Shown here: positions 39,126 through 51,600 of the stretch, one piece after another
Layout: every line of letters begins with the position of its first letter
Numbering within the stretch: position 1 is the stretch's first letter
Source of the DNA: Antedon mediterranea
Taxonomy: Eukaryota > Animalia > Echinodermata
DNA: 64,000 bases
Direction: 5' to 3'
Assembly: GCF_964355755.1 (NCBI RefSeq)
Contig: NC_092671.1
Coordinates: 16,864,001 to 16,928,000, forward strand
The notes under the pieces: generated by a model
Database searches by the model: none
What the model saw: only the letters and a program-made list of their open reading frames with translations
What the model was told of the DNA's origin: nothing
Made by a program: the position numbers and the translations under genes

Positions 39126-40907
39126 ATGGCTTCCGACCGTTCAGACGAATATATGCGACTCATCGTGTGTCAGCTCTGTAAAGATGTTTACAACGTGCCG
39201 AAACTTTTAAATTGTCTTCATAGCTTTTGTGAACAATGCTTGCCATTAACGGATACCAATGAGGTGATTTGTAATATTTGTAATCTGTCTACACCTGTCC
39301 CGGATGGAACTGGAAAACTTAAAACAAACAATTTTCTCTTAAAGTTGTCTGGAAAGATTGCTAGTTTTAGCAAATCAATTTTAAGCGATAACCCAATAGT
39401 TTGCACGAGTTGCGACAACGAAGAAGCATTCTTCTGCTGTAATGAGTGCGATGACTTTTTCTGCGACGACTGCAGACACGCCCATTCTAAGGTCAGATTG
39501 ACGCGTAGTCATTTCATCTTTAGCGTCAGTGATATAAAGAACGGCCTGTTTGATATAAGGCATGTTGCAAGAACACTGTTAGAAGAGTGTCCTAGACATA
39601 CTGGTGAGGAAATCCGGTTCTTCTGCAAGACGTGTGGTTATCTCATATGCCGTGACTGCTTATTATGCGATAACCATCTCAAAGGAGATCACGAGTGCAT
39701 CTCTGTGAGGGATGTAGTGAGTTCTTCTAAAAAGGAACTCGATAAGGCGCTGGCGACTGTTCACCAGAAGAAAAAAGAATTAGTAACAGCTTCTGAGGCA
39801 ATAGAGAGTCTATTAGATGATATCGAAAGTGCTGTTTCTGAAGAAGAAAGTAGAGTAAATTTAAGTGCAATACAACGTATTAGAACCATCGAAGAGGAGC
39901 GAGAACAGAAGTTGAAGTTCATTAGATCGAAGAAAAACGACAATGTGAAAGATCTTTCTACTATTCTTGAACAAATCGACATTGGTTTAAGAAATATTAC
40001 AGACATTACGTCCTTTTCGAGCAACCTTGTTGATTTTGGTCAAGCTACTGATATTCTAGTTTTTAAGAATCGAGTTATTACACATGCTAATACGATAGCT
40101 TCAGTAGTAAGTGTACCAACGATTCCTTCTTATGTCAATAACATCACTGTGCCAGAGGTTAAACAGGAGTCGTTTGAAAAGATAGATAAAGCGACACAGA
40201 TCACATCGATAGTGGAAGCAAAAGTAATTGGAGAGGTTCAATCTATTGGAACTTCGACAGATGATTTAGAGGTGATTTGTGAGTTTGAAGAAAATACGAA
40301 AAACGAAACGCCAGACACAAACGGTGATGACGAAGATGATGAAGTTACTATTATCGAGGACAACATGTGCGACACGATACGACAATTTGTATTTGATATC
40401 ATAACTAAAACATTTATCGAACACAAAGAGTATTCTGCTGATGTCATTTCGTCAATCAAACGTGTTCTGGAAAATAAGTTTGGACCTTTTTGGCATATAT
40501 TTACCGGCAAAGCATTCGCTTGGAACATAGCACCGTTGAATTTAGATTACGCAGTACTTGAAGCAGGGGACCAACGTGTCACTGTGTTCTGTTCCGGTTC
40601 TGTCAACGTTCCGAGGCAAACACTGGATCAAAAGGCTATTATCGTTGAAACAGACATGGCTGAGACTATGAAACGAGACGTAGTGCGCTTCTCGAAGCAG
40701 GCCATGTCCAGGTATCCGAACCGTTCCGACATTGCCAAAAACGTTGCTGACGTTTTTCGTAGAAAATATGGAGGAAAGTGGCAGTGTTTTGTTTTGGGTA
40801 AAGGCTCAATGGTTGGGTTCTCTAAATTACTAACTGCTACAAATAGTTGTATATATATTACAATTGGTCCAGAGGTTGTGCTTCTTCTAAAGCTGTCCAG
40901 TAGATGA
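39126..40907 (+). CDS. Intronless TRIM/RBCC E3 ligase with two C-terminal dynein light chain (LC8)-like domains, 593 aa
   Basis: C3HC4 RING (CQLC..CLHSFCEQC..CNIC), B-box 1 (CTSC..CNEC..CDDC..H..H), B-box 2 (CPRH..FFCKTC..ICRDC..H..H), coiled coil, acidic linker, then LC8-like units at ~40344-40598 and ~40635-40904. Confidence 0.9.
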   Translation: MASDRSDEYMRLIVCQLCKDVYNVPKLLNCLHSFCEQCLPLTDTNEVICNICNLSTPVPDGTGKLKTNNFLLKLSGKIASFSKSILSDNPIVCTSCDNEEAFFCCNECDDFFCDDCRHAHSKVRLTRSHFIFSVSDIKNGLFDIRHVARTLLEECPRHTGEEIRFFCKTCGYLICRDCLLCDNHLKGDHECISVRDVVSSSKKELDKALATVHQKKKELVTASEAIESLLDDIESAVSEEESRVNLSAIQRIRTIEEEREQKLKFIRSKKNDNVKDLSTILEQIDIGLRNITDITSFSSNLVDFGQATDILVFKNRVITHANTIASVVSVPTIPSYVNNITVPEVKQESFEKIDKATQITSIVEAKVIGEVQSIGTSTDDLEVICEFEENTKNETPDTNGDDEDDEVTIIEDNMCDTIRQFVFDIITKTFIEHKEYSADVISSIKRVLENKFGPFWHIFTGKAFAWNIAPLNLDYAVLEAGDQRVTVFCSGSVNVPRQTLDQKAIIVETDMAETMKRDVVRFSKQAMSRYPNRSDIAKNVADVFRRKYGGKWQCFVLGKGSMVGFSKLLTATNSCIYITIGPEVVLLLKLSSR

Positions 40908-42637
40908 AGAGACAACTGTATCATGAATAACCAATTGCATTTTGTTTTAAAGCAAGCCTGCAGAAAAACATAATGGGAAGGTTGTGGGATTAAAGTAGGA
41001 TTAGAAATAGGGGCAGAAAATCCTGTGAAACATTTCTTAATCTAATCACAACTTTACCAATAAACAATATTGTTATATATATATTTAATATTAAATTATT
41101 CTTATTATATACATATACATTGTACAGTATACATCAGATAAAATAACACATAAAATAATCAAACCAAATTCAATGTCTTTGGTGTTTACAAGTGCTAGAA
41201 ATATGTCAATATGCGTACAAAATAATTTGTTTCAGGTCATACTAATCTTTGCCCAGTAGGACCCTGCAGGGTTTCATCATACAGTACATCCTAAAATTAT
41301 ATTTAAGGTTATTTTAATATTTTATACATTTTTAAATAAAAAATAGTTAATTTAAGTCAAAATACTGATTAGATTTATTCCGAAAAACTGAAGACCGCCT
41401 TCTGTGATGAGTGATGTTTTGTGGGGTTGAAGCTGACGATTGATGCATTTAGAATGAAAAGTTTAACAATTACTAATTTCAACTAGTTTCTGGAAATATA
41501 AATATATATATAAGTTTAATTTACCACTAAAGCATGTTAATAATATATACTTGAAATCATTTTATATCATAAAATCAGGCGATACTGGGTCTACCGGACG
41601 AAGATTAATATGATTGTTTGTTTTTCGCATACACCTGGCATACCGTCAAAGTTACTCCATCCATGTGTCATACGTCAGTATTGTCCTGCTTCAGACACAA
41701 AAGCATGGTAGTAATATTAAATTTTTAAATCAATCATCTTTCTTGCTATAGTCTCTATAAAGCTGCATATATGACGAAATTGATTATTAAGGCAAAAATG
41801 TGCATTTTAAAAATACAAAGCAGTGGTTTCATTTCTATGTTTAGAAAACATAAATCTTCACGCTTGGTTGAACGGCTCTAATCAATCATAAAAGTCATTC
41901 ATTGATACGAATCTATTGGCAGACAAAAAGCTCTTAGCCAACCAATATGCCTTTTCACAAAGAAATATCCATGTGTAACAACCTTTACAAGGCACACACA
42001 CTAGATAAAGTAGAAGCCTCATTAGGGACCCACAAAGTGTTCCCTTAATAGGGGTGTCCAAAATGTGGAGTTCAACTATATTGTTTAAAGTTGTTATCTC
42101 TTAAATTAAATGTATATATAAATAACAAAAAATAATTAAGTACTATTTATTACTATTTACACATTTCAATGATTTTTTAGCGATTATTTCACAACTAAAG
42201 ATGTCTAAAATATTGATGTGATTTTCTATAGAATTCGTTAATATTGCAAGTCAAATAACGCACAAGTCTAACTTCATATGAAGCGCACTCTCGGGTATTC
42301 ACAATGTTGTACATGTCGCACCATTGTAAATACCCTCGAGTGCGAGTGCGCTCCACTAACGCACTCCGACTTCTGCATTATTGGTATATTATCAGAATCA
42401 CTGTGGTATCGATACATCGTTTCCATTTGAATCACTTTTGACTACTGTTTTTCCATGCTAGTCACGTTAATCGGTGAAAGTAAAATTGTTTCAACTTTCA
42501 TCGATTACACAATGATTGAATGACATATTTCCAAAATTGCTTTACAAATTTGTACATAAATTATCAAAATGGACAAAATGAAAGCATGAATTTCTTTTTT
42601 TTTGGTCACAAGCTTCTAAAAGTTGTCTACAAATTTC

Positions 42638-45600
42638 TCACCTCTCGGTAGGCCTATTGCTGTCATGCATACCTTTAACAACAGCTTCCAAATTAAACAT
42701 TTTAAATAACATATGCTGTTGATAATTAACTGTGCCACCCTCATACACCACGGCAAAGAATGTAAACTTGCGATGGTTTATGGTTAATTCAAATGTAGTG
42801 ATGTCCGAGTATCCGGCCAAATCCTCGTGGAATATCCATGGTTCTGACCACGTTGAGCAGTCATCCTTGCTAAGACGAACAGACAGAAACTTACGTGTCA
42901 TCCTGTGGGCGGGGTTTGACATTATCATCCAGTATGTAGGATTGACTGGGTTTGAGTTTGGTGCAGGAAAACGAACAAGACCAGCCTAATAAAAATACAT
43001 AAAATAACAATAAATTCAGGATTGGATATTTATCGTATAAACTAAAAAAAATAATTAAAATGATTTAAGTACAGTATCTCTTAAATGAGGATACAAATTC
43101 AAATCTTGTACTCTCCCCAATTACAAGCCAAAAAAATTTAGTCCATGACATATAAGTCAAGTAATCTTTATTATGTTTTCAACAACTGGTATAAAAATAT
43201 ATATTAAAACCCCTCCTTTGAGAAACCCTTATTAAGGAGAGACACTTTCCCATGAAACAAATGGAAGGGAAGGAATTTGTTCCTTTAATAGGGGTTCTAT
43301 TGTATGATGACTCATTTGCTACATGGATATCGCAATTTTTTGTACAATGATCAATGCAGATACATTGTGTACTGTATATGAAATGTGAATCTCTCATAAA
43401 GGGTACAGTACATGTGTGAAAACTATGCACAGTTCATACGAATCTGTATGCTATGTAGGGGAGAAAGATAAAATAAAACAGCTTGTGTCTTCTCGGGTTC
43501 CTAAGATTACTAAACTTACTGCACACCCTCCAGCAGATGCTCTATGCCACTTGTTCTTCTTCTTCTTATAGCCAGGCTCAAAGACTGACGTTAGTAAAGG
43601 TTTTGATAGTGTAACGCCAGCATCAAAGCTATATGCTTGAGACCTTGTGTGATCAGCATCAATCGTGCGACTGTTAATACACACAGCTCCATTATTCAAT
43701 TCCACTGCCTGAAAATTATGAACAAGATTAGATATTTCTACTGTAGTTCATTGGCTAACAATTAAAATTAAAGATTTTGAGGCCTACACTTTATTACGTA
43801 ACTAAATGCTTTAGCAAAGGTATGCCTATATACATATAAAAATACTGTAGGCCTACACATAGTTTCATTATTGAACTAACCCCATTGCCTTAAGCTCTGT
43901 CTACACTATCAAACTAGTTTGAAAAAAAGAGTGTGATGTGTCTAAATATGGTAATGATGACATCATAGTGTCCACATTTGGGCACATCACATTTTTTGTC
44001 ACATACTGTGAAGTTTTGATATAATAGTGTAGACAGAGCATAATAATCATAAAACAGAGAACATAAGCCTTCATTACTAAGTTTCATTATTAAACTTTAT
44101 TGCCTAACAATTCTAACACCCGTATTCTTAAACCGGACTTTAGTTGTAGTTCGAGCTAAAACCTTAAAAATGACGTCATTTTAATTCATAAACCGAACTT
44201 CAACTAAATCGCCGACTAATTCAGGCCAACCTCGACTAAATCGGGACGGATTTTGGTCGATTTTTTTAGTCCTGGAGGGGGCAGGCTAAATGGTCGACTA
44301 AATGGTTTTTAAACAATGTTTATGAAAAACGTAACAGTCATTGAGTTTTTATATTGGCCAGATATTGAAGAATGAAATAACTATCTTTATATTAGCTTAA
44401 TTAAATATACATTGGTATAAGTTATAATAATGAAAATCATCTTTATTTACAACCGTATACAAATTACATTATTTTCTTTGCGCAAGTCCTACGTCACGCC
44501 ATTGCGACAATGGCAGATGAGGAAATTAACCACGCGATGGAATGTTTAGGGGGCCTAGCGCTTTCTTGTCACACTATGAAGTGCGTGGTTCGTCGCGATC
44601 ATACTTTGGCTGCTCCTCAAATACTCTCTTGTCATTGGCCAATGTATAGCCTTTGTTACCCAGACGTGTGCAACTCGACTAAAAGCTTGACTTCATTAAG
44701 TCGAACTGCAAAATTTGACTACTTTGTTTATGAATCGGTCTTGAAGTAATAACTCAAACTCCTTTTTTAAGTCGAACTAAAGTCCGGTTTAAGAATACGG
44801 GCGTAATACTTTTAATAGGTACGCCTGCATACATGGTTAATTATTTTACATGGTTAGGAATAAGTAAGTAATGTAAGCTTACGCAAATCTTAATTATTAT
44901 TTAACTTTACTGTCTACAAACCGCCTGGAAACTGCCTGGACAGAACACTCATTAAGGTCTTCTTGTCAAGGCAGGTAGTGGGGTATGTGAAACAAGCAGC
45001 CCTAGTATTTAATTCACTGCGCTGTGTAGAAATTATGTAAATAACATTTTGTAAAGCCATGCAAAAGGAGATATACTTTATATATCATCCAAGACAACAA
45101 AATATGACAAAGCTATTAAAAAAACTGATAACAGCTTTTTAATATTTTTGTTAGATTCAAGAAGCTAGTAGTTTACAGTACCAAAATAGAAATTCGGAAC
45201 AATCCCTCCTTGAGACACCCCTATTAAGGGAACATCCCTATTAAGACGTTGGGTCCCGAAAGTGTCCCTTTAAAAGAGCTTATATGATTGTGATTACCTG
45301 GACTTCATTTGGCTGGATTGGGATTCCCTGCTGATCTTCCGTGTAAGGGGTTGATCCACCAGCGTGCCAGGAAACACCGCCGTCATCACTGTAGAATATA
45401 TTGCAGTAGTTGGTACAGTTTCTACAGAGATGAGGATATTCTCCTGAAATGTAGTTTTAAATTAAATAATGTTTAAAACACAAAGCAACATATGCAAATC
45501 TTTTTAATATAAATTGAATGTGGATTTATTTTAATTAATATGCATTAAGTAAATTTAATCATGTATTGAGCACAAATAAATGCATTTTCAAAAGCATTGT

Positions 45601-48600
45601 TGTTATCTCTGAATGTCATTGTAAATATAATTATAAGCAGTAGCTCCAGGTAATGAATCTATAGCTTGTTGTAATTTGCATGCCTTTCAATCCAAAGATA
45701 CAAGGTGTACTCCTGGCCCAGCGCCAGGGTTCACTTCTGGCCTAGTGCCATGTTTCAATCCTTACCTGGAATTGGCAAGTTACTTTGGATATGTATGAAA
45801 TAAAAATTAAGAAAATCAAAAATTAAAAACAGTACTTACTGCTATATCTATCTACTTGAAAATAATTGCCTGGTACTATAATGCGACCACAGCTTAACTG
45901 TATAGAATGACCAGGCCCTGATAAAAAGGAAAAGAATCAAATAAAAAAGTGCATAAATCAAATGACTTCAGCACAATATACTTATTAGTATAATATTCGT
46001 TCTTCTATAGCGCTTATTGCACAATGTTCTAAGCGCTTCACATTATTACCCCTGTCATTTTTTGGGATCAAGAGCGTATGGAAACATACTCCAATAATGC
46101 AGCTAGTAATCGGTGCGAAGACAATAGACAGATTCAGGAATCTGGGGTATAATCTAAATCAAAAATTTCACACAAAAATGGTCCATGTAGACAAAGTACA
46201 TTTTAGCTGGTTGCTAAATTGTATACGAAAGTGGGACTCCTGTATAGTGTACAAATAATGCATGAGTGCATTAGTGGAGATACGGCGCACTCGAGGGTAT
46301 TTACAATTGCACAAATAATGCATGAGTGCATTAGTGGAGATACGGCGCACTCGAGGGTATTTACAAATAATGCATGAGTGCATTAGTAGAGATACGGCGC
46401 ACTCGAGGGTATTTACAATTGCACAAATAATGCATGAGTGCATTAGTAGAGATACGGCGCACTCGAGGGTATTTACAATTGCACAAATAATGCATGACTG
46501 CATTAGTAGAGATACGGCGCACTCGAGGGTATTTACAAATAATGCATGAGTGCATTAGTAGAGATACGGCGCACTCGAGGGTATTTACAATTGCACAAAT
46601 AATGCATGAGTGCATTAGTAGAGATACGGCGCACTCGAGGGTATTTACAAATAATACATGAGTGCATTAGTAGAGATACGGCGCACTCGAGGGTATTTAC
46701 AATTGCACAACATTGTATTGTACTCCAGTGCATGATAGTGAAAAATTAAAGACAGGGCTGCAAATTAAGGGGTATTTGGTCGCATTTGCGACCTAATTTT
46801 TCTGTTTGCGACTAAAGCAACAGAATAGGTCGCGCATAGCGCGACAAGATCGTCTGCTTGTGCGAGTTGTTTCAAATTGAAGTCAGGTGTGTTTTCCCTA
46901 TTTAACTGTGTTGTAATTTAATCTCTCTCTACTCTTACGGAAGGCTCAGGAGTTTCCACTAGTCACCGCCGCCGCAAAGGAGTCAGGTTCATTCAAGCGT
47001 ACAAAGCCCCTAAACATTTTACACTCGTTGTGATTGGAAGTTCGTCCATTTATTGTATGCTGCCTTACCCAATCACACAAAAGGACACCAAATACACAGC
47101 ACAGTGTGACGCGCGGGCGACACAAACCTCGTGGAAAAATCACCTCCGTTTTAAAGAAGGAATATAAAAAAACAATTGTACCGCCGTACACAGAAGTTAG
47201 CCAGGGCGGGCGCGGCAGATACTAAGGATTGTCGCCGCGCAGCCATCAGCATTTTTTAGGCAGTATAATGGTTCATGATTACTAAATAATGTAATTAATG
47301 ATATATATAATAATATCTATTCATTATATAGATTAAACAGCAGTATTGTTTATCAGTAGATTTAATACTTTATTCCAGATTCTGATTATCGAAAATTATA
47401 TATCAGAGAAAATACCGCAGCTTTTCCTACGAAGTAGCTTCGTAGATAAAACAGGCTACGTTGTTGGCTTTGTAGGTTACATTGTTTGGCTTCGTTAGTA
47501 ACCTCAATAAACAACCTCACGATGTTCTATAGTAAGTAAGGTGTGAAAACTATTATTTAATGTGTTAATTTTGACTGGCGGAGGAGGACCAATTTGTACA
47601 TTACTAAGAAATATATAATATAATATTTTTTATTCGTAAATGTTTCATTCGTGTGTGTTTTTTTACTCTCAACAACGGTGAATATAAATTTCCTACAATG
47701 TATACGAGACACGATCCAACACAATGAACTATGCCAACTAATAAAAATAATATAGCGAACGTCCAGTCGATCCAAAAACATGCAAACAAAAAGATCGTAA
47801 ACAATTCATTCTAAATATAGTATCAGAACGTTCAATCGGTCGCTCAAAAAGACTGCCGACAGAAGATCGTAATTAATACAGACCTAGTTTTTTGGTCACA
47901 TGTCATGAAACGCGATACTCTGTTTTACCACGTGGCTACAAAACAGAGTACCTGAATTTTGCGTCACATGAAACGTAATACAGCTCTATAAACTGTTCCC
48001 ACGATTCGCACGTTTTTCCCCTCCAAATTCTGGTCGGGCCTTTTATCGTAATAATAATTTACAAAGGCCTATGTTAAATCTTAACATGGAATATATATTT
48101 ATTTTGCATATATTTTGTTTGCGTCCTAGCCAAGGTGTTGTTGTTTTTATAATTCGCTAAACCAAGGTAGGATTGAATGGCCGGATTGAATCATGTAGGC
48201 CGCCGAAACTCTCTCTGCGTGAGTTGAGGGCCTTGGGCCCGATGTCGTCTCGTCGGCGGATGTCCTGCCAAATTAGGACAACCGATGTGTAGGGCGGCTA
48301 CAAAAATTAACGTCTTCTACTAGGATTTTAATTAGCCAACAAATACATGTTTGTTTCCATTATTCATGCTCCTAAAGGCGATGACATTGGTGTATCGACG
48401 CGTAGATATTATCATAAACAATACATCGTAGGCAACGAACAATACTTTGTAAATTGCAGGATACGTTTAGAGAACAATGACCTACGGTCTATTTACGCGT
48501 AGGCTACGAAAGGTTACGCGTATATACTGTACAAAGCAGTAATTTCTTTCCGTACCGTAAAAAGAATAAATCTTGCGTGAATATAAGTGGCGCATCAGGA

Positions 48601-51600
48601 CCAGTGCCTAAAATGTGCATAACCCAATTTATGTGCTCAGAAATCGATTGAAACAACATATAATTACTTAAAAATCCCCACCCCCCCAAGCGCCGGGGGG
48701 GGGGGGGGGGCTTTTATTTTTATACCTCCTCCCCCCCCCCCCCAACTAAACTAAAAACGGATCTGCGCGGATGGGGTTTGAGGGAAGGGGGTTGTTGTCG
48801 ATGAAAAGGTGCTACTAAAAAAATTGGTGGTGCTACCAAAAATTATTATGAGCCATCATACAAATTTGATAGTGCTACCAAGTAAAAAAGTTAATTTGCA
48901 GCCCTGAAAGAGCACACACGTGACTTATTTCAGCACGTCTGATTGGTTTACATCCTTGTTGAATGTTATAAAAATGAATAAATATCATAGGTGATGATTT
49001 TAAATAACATTCTTTACCTGGAACAAATAAGGTTGGAAATGGCTCTAATCTAGCTATTGTGCTGTGTGTTATAGACACTGGATCAGTCCAGGATAGACCT
49101 AAATCATAACTCTGTAAAAGTAAAAACAATTAATTATTATATTGAACGACTTATATAAATAATGGTATTCAATATGGTATTCTAACTACATACATCAGAT
49201 AGTTGTTTCCCTTCGAACTCCAGCATCTGCCAAGAGTCACTATTAGGAAATTACACAACTATGACTAAATCGCAACACATACCATTTTAATTATCATTCA
49301 TGCGTGCATACAAAATGCATACCATTCATTGTTAGTGATAAACTTAAAATGACAGTATTATTCTTGTTGGAATAAATCATCATTTCACATGCCTTTTACT
49401 ACAGACAAATGTTATATTTATCCCTTGTCTAAACTATACAATACAAAAGTTAAGTATCCACCACAGGATATCATTACACACTGTAACTTTTTACTTAATT
49501 GTTACTTAATTAATATATATATTATTATTGTATGTTGTGAATACTATTAGCATTTTGCAAAGCACGCTCGTTGAGTTTGGGCACTCTTTGTGTTCATAAT
49601 CAGTGTATCATGTCCCGCATACCTGGCTCAGCCTATATATTGTGCCAGTTCTGCAGTACATTTCATTTCGAAACCTGAGCTGCACTGACGAGATCTAATA
49701 AGATTGAACCAGTACTGTCTGCAGATTGGATATTATACAAATAATGAATGTTTATGAGTGTAATGGTACAAATAATGGCATGAGGTGAATGATGAAAGGT
49801 TATATCAACGAGGCAACGCCGAGTTGATATAACTTTTCATCATTCACCAAATGCCTTTATTTTTACCATTACACGAATATAAAACATTCATTATTTGTTT
49901 TATATAACATATAAATAGATTCCTGTCATTTGAATCAAAAAAAGGTAGCCCTAGTCAACAAGAGGCCTACATTTCATTCACAATTGATTAAAACAGTAAC
50001 ATTTGGTTTTTAATATTATATTAAATGTTATATTTATATGGATTTTATAAACACTCCTACTTTAGTGTTAATTATGACAACAAACAACCAAACAATCCTA
50101 AAACGCCTAGGCTAGGCCTAGCCTAATACTAACAGGCCTAGCTAGGCTAGACCTATGAAATTAGTACATATATATCTCCAAATCGTAAACCAAAATCTGC
50201 TGCTGTTGCATATCTCGCGGTGGTGTTTACAAACAACAGAGGCAGGACAACAGGTGGCGCTGTTGTATTTCACAGTAATTTTTATATACTAGATTTTTTT
50301 TCATCCGCGAAACATTTTTTTTTTCGTACACAAAAATGTTTAAAAAAGTACTATTAAACGATTGTTTAATAGTGCATACTATTGCACGCCATGTGACCCA
50401 CAATCGTCCAATCAAATGACAGGAATTTATTTAGGTGTTATATAATATTGTATATATATTGCTTATATATACTGTAAATTGTGGCCTTGAGGAAAAAAAT
50501 ATAAATTAGTATCTTGAATCAAATTAAACATCTGACAAAATGTTCAGATCAGTATATAAAATACTAAATAAACAATCATGAGTGATAATGAATTTTCCTT
50601 ACTTACCTTAACTACATATACATCAGATAGCTGTTTCCCTTGAAACTCAAGCATCTGCCGAAAGTCCATATCAGTAGGAAAGGTACTGAACACAACTAGT
50701 ATAACATCACGTTGTTTATCTACTACCGGGCTTGGATTCATAGTCCTGACGAAGGTATAAACAAAAGAATTATTTCAATCAATTGAAGACAGTAAAATCC
50801 CTGAAAACATGACTGTACTACACAACATTTAAATAAAGTGTTATTGAATGTCGCTCTAGCATAACATGACATTGTTTATCTACTACAGGGCTTGGATTCA
50901 CAGACCTGACAAAGGTATAAAGAAAACAATTCAATCAATTATTAAAGGCACTAAATCCTTGAAAACATACGACTGTACTATACACAACATTAATAAAGTG
51001 TTATTGAATGTCGCTCTAGCATAACATGACATTGCTTATCTACTACATGGCTTGGATTCACAGACCTGACAAAGGTATAAAGAAAAGAATTCAATCAATT
51101 ATTAAAGGCAAAAAATACCTGAAAACATATGGCTGTACTACAACATTGATAAATTATTATCAAATCATCTACATTCATATTCTATTGTATTGGTTTATTG
51201 ATCAGGTGCTGTTTTAATGTTGATTTAATGTTTGTTACACAAATTAGATTATTGTGTGTTTAATATAAATAATTTACACAACTGTACACTACAAAATCAA
51301 CTCTAATATTTGGAACATACAGTATTAATCATTATTGAGCACTAACTCGCAGTACAATTATCTACTGATAGTAAAGCCTCTGGCTAGCAAACATATCGCA
51401 GATGCAAAAATGGTGTACTTGTATATGCTAAAATAGAAGGCTATTTTAGCTATCTAATCCCCCTATCCAGCTAATTTGAAAATATTATGAAAGATCCTAC
51501 ACATACATTACTGTTGCAATTTTAATAGATCTGGCATTAGACTAGGACCCACAAAAACCAATCTATGTACAGGAAGTCGTTTGTTGTAAATAAAATATGT

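Noticed and set aside
39218-40924. Minus-strand ORFs overlapping the TRIM gene (likewise those over the LamG genes)
   Set aside because: Antisense shadows of real coding sequence with no recognisable domains.
46168-46733. Cys/His-rich ORFs resembling metal-binding proteins
   Set aside because: Translations of the 60/52-bp intronic satellite, with frames shifting between units.
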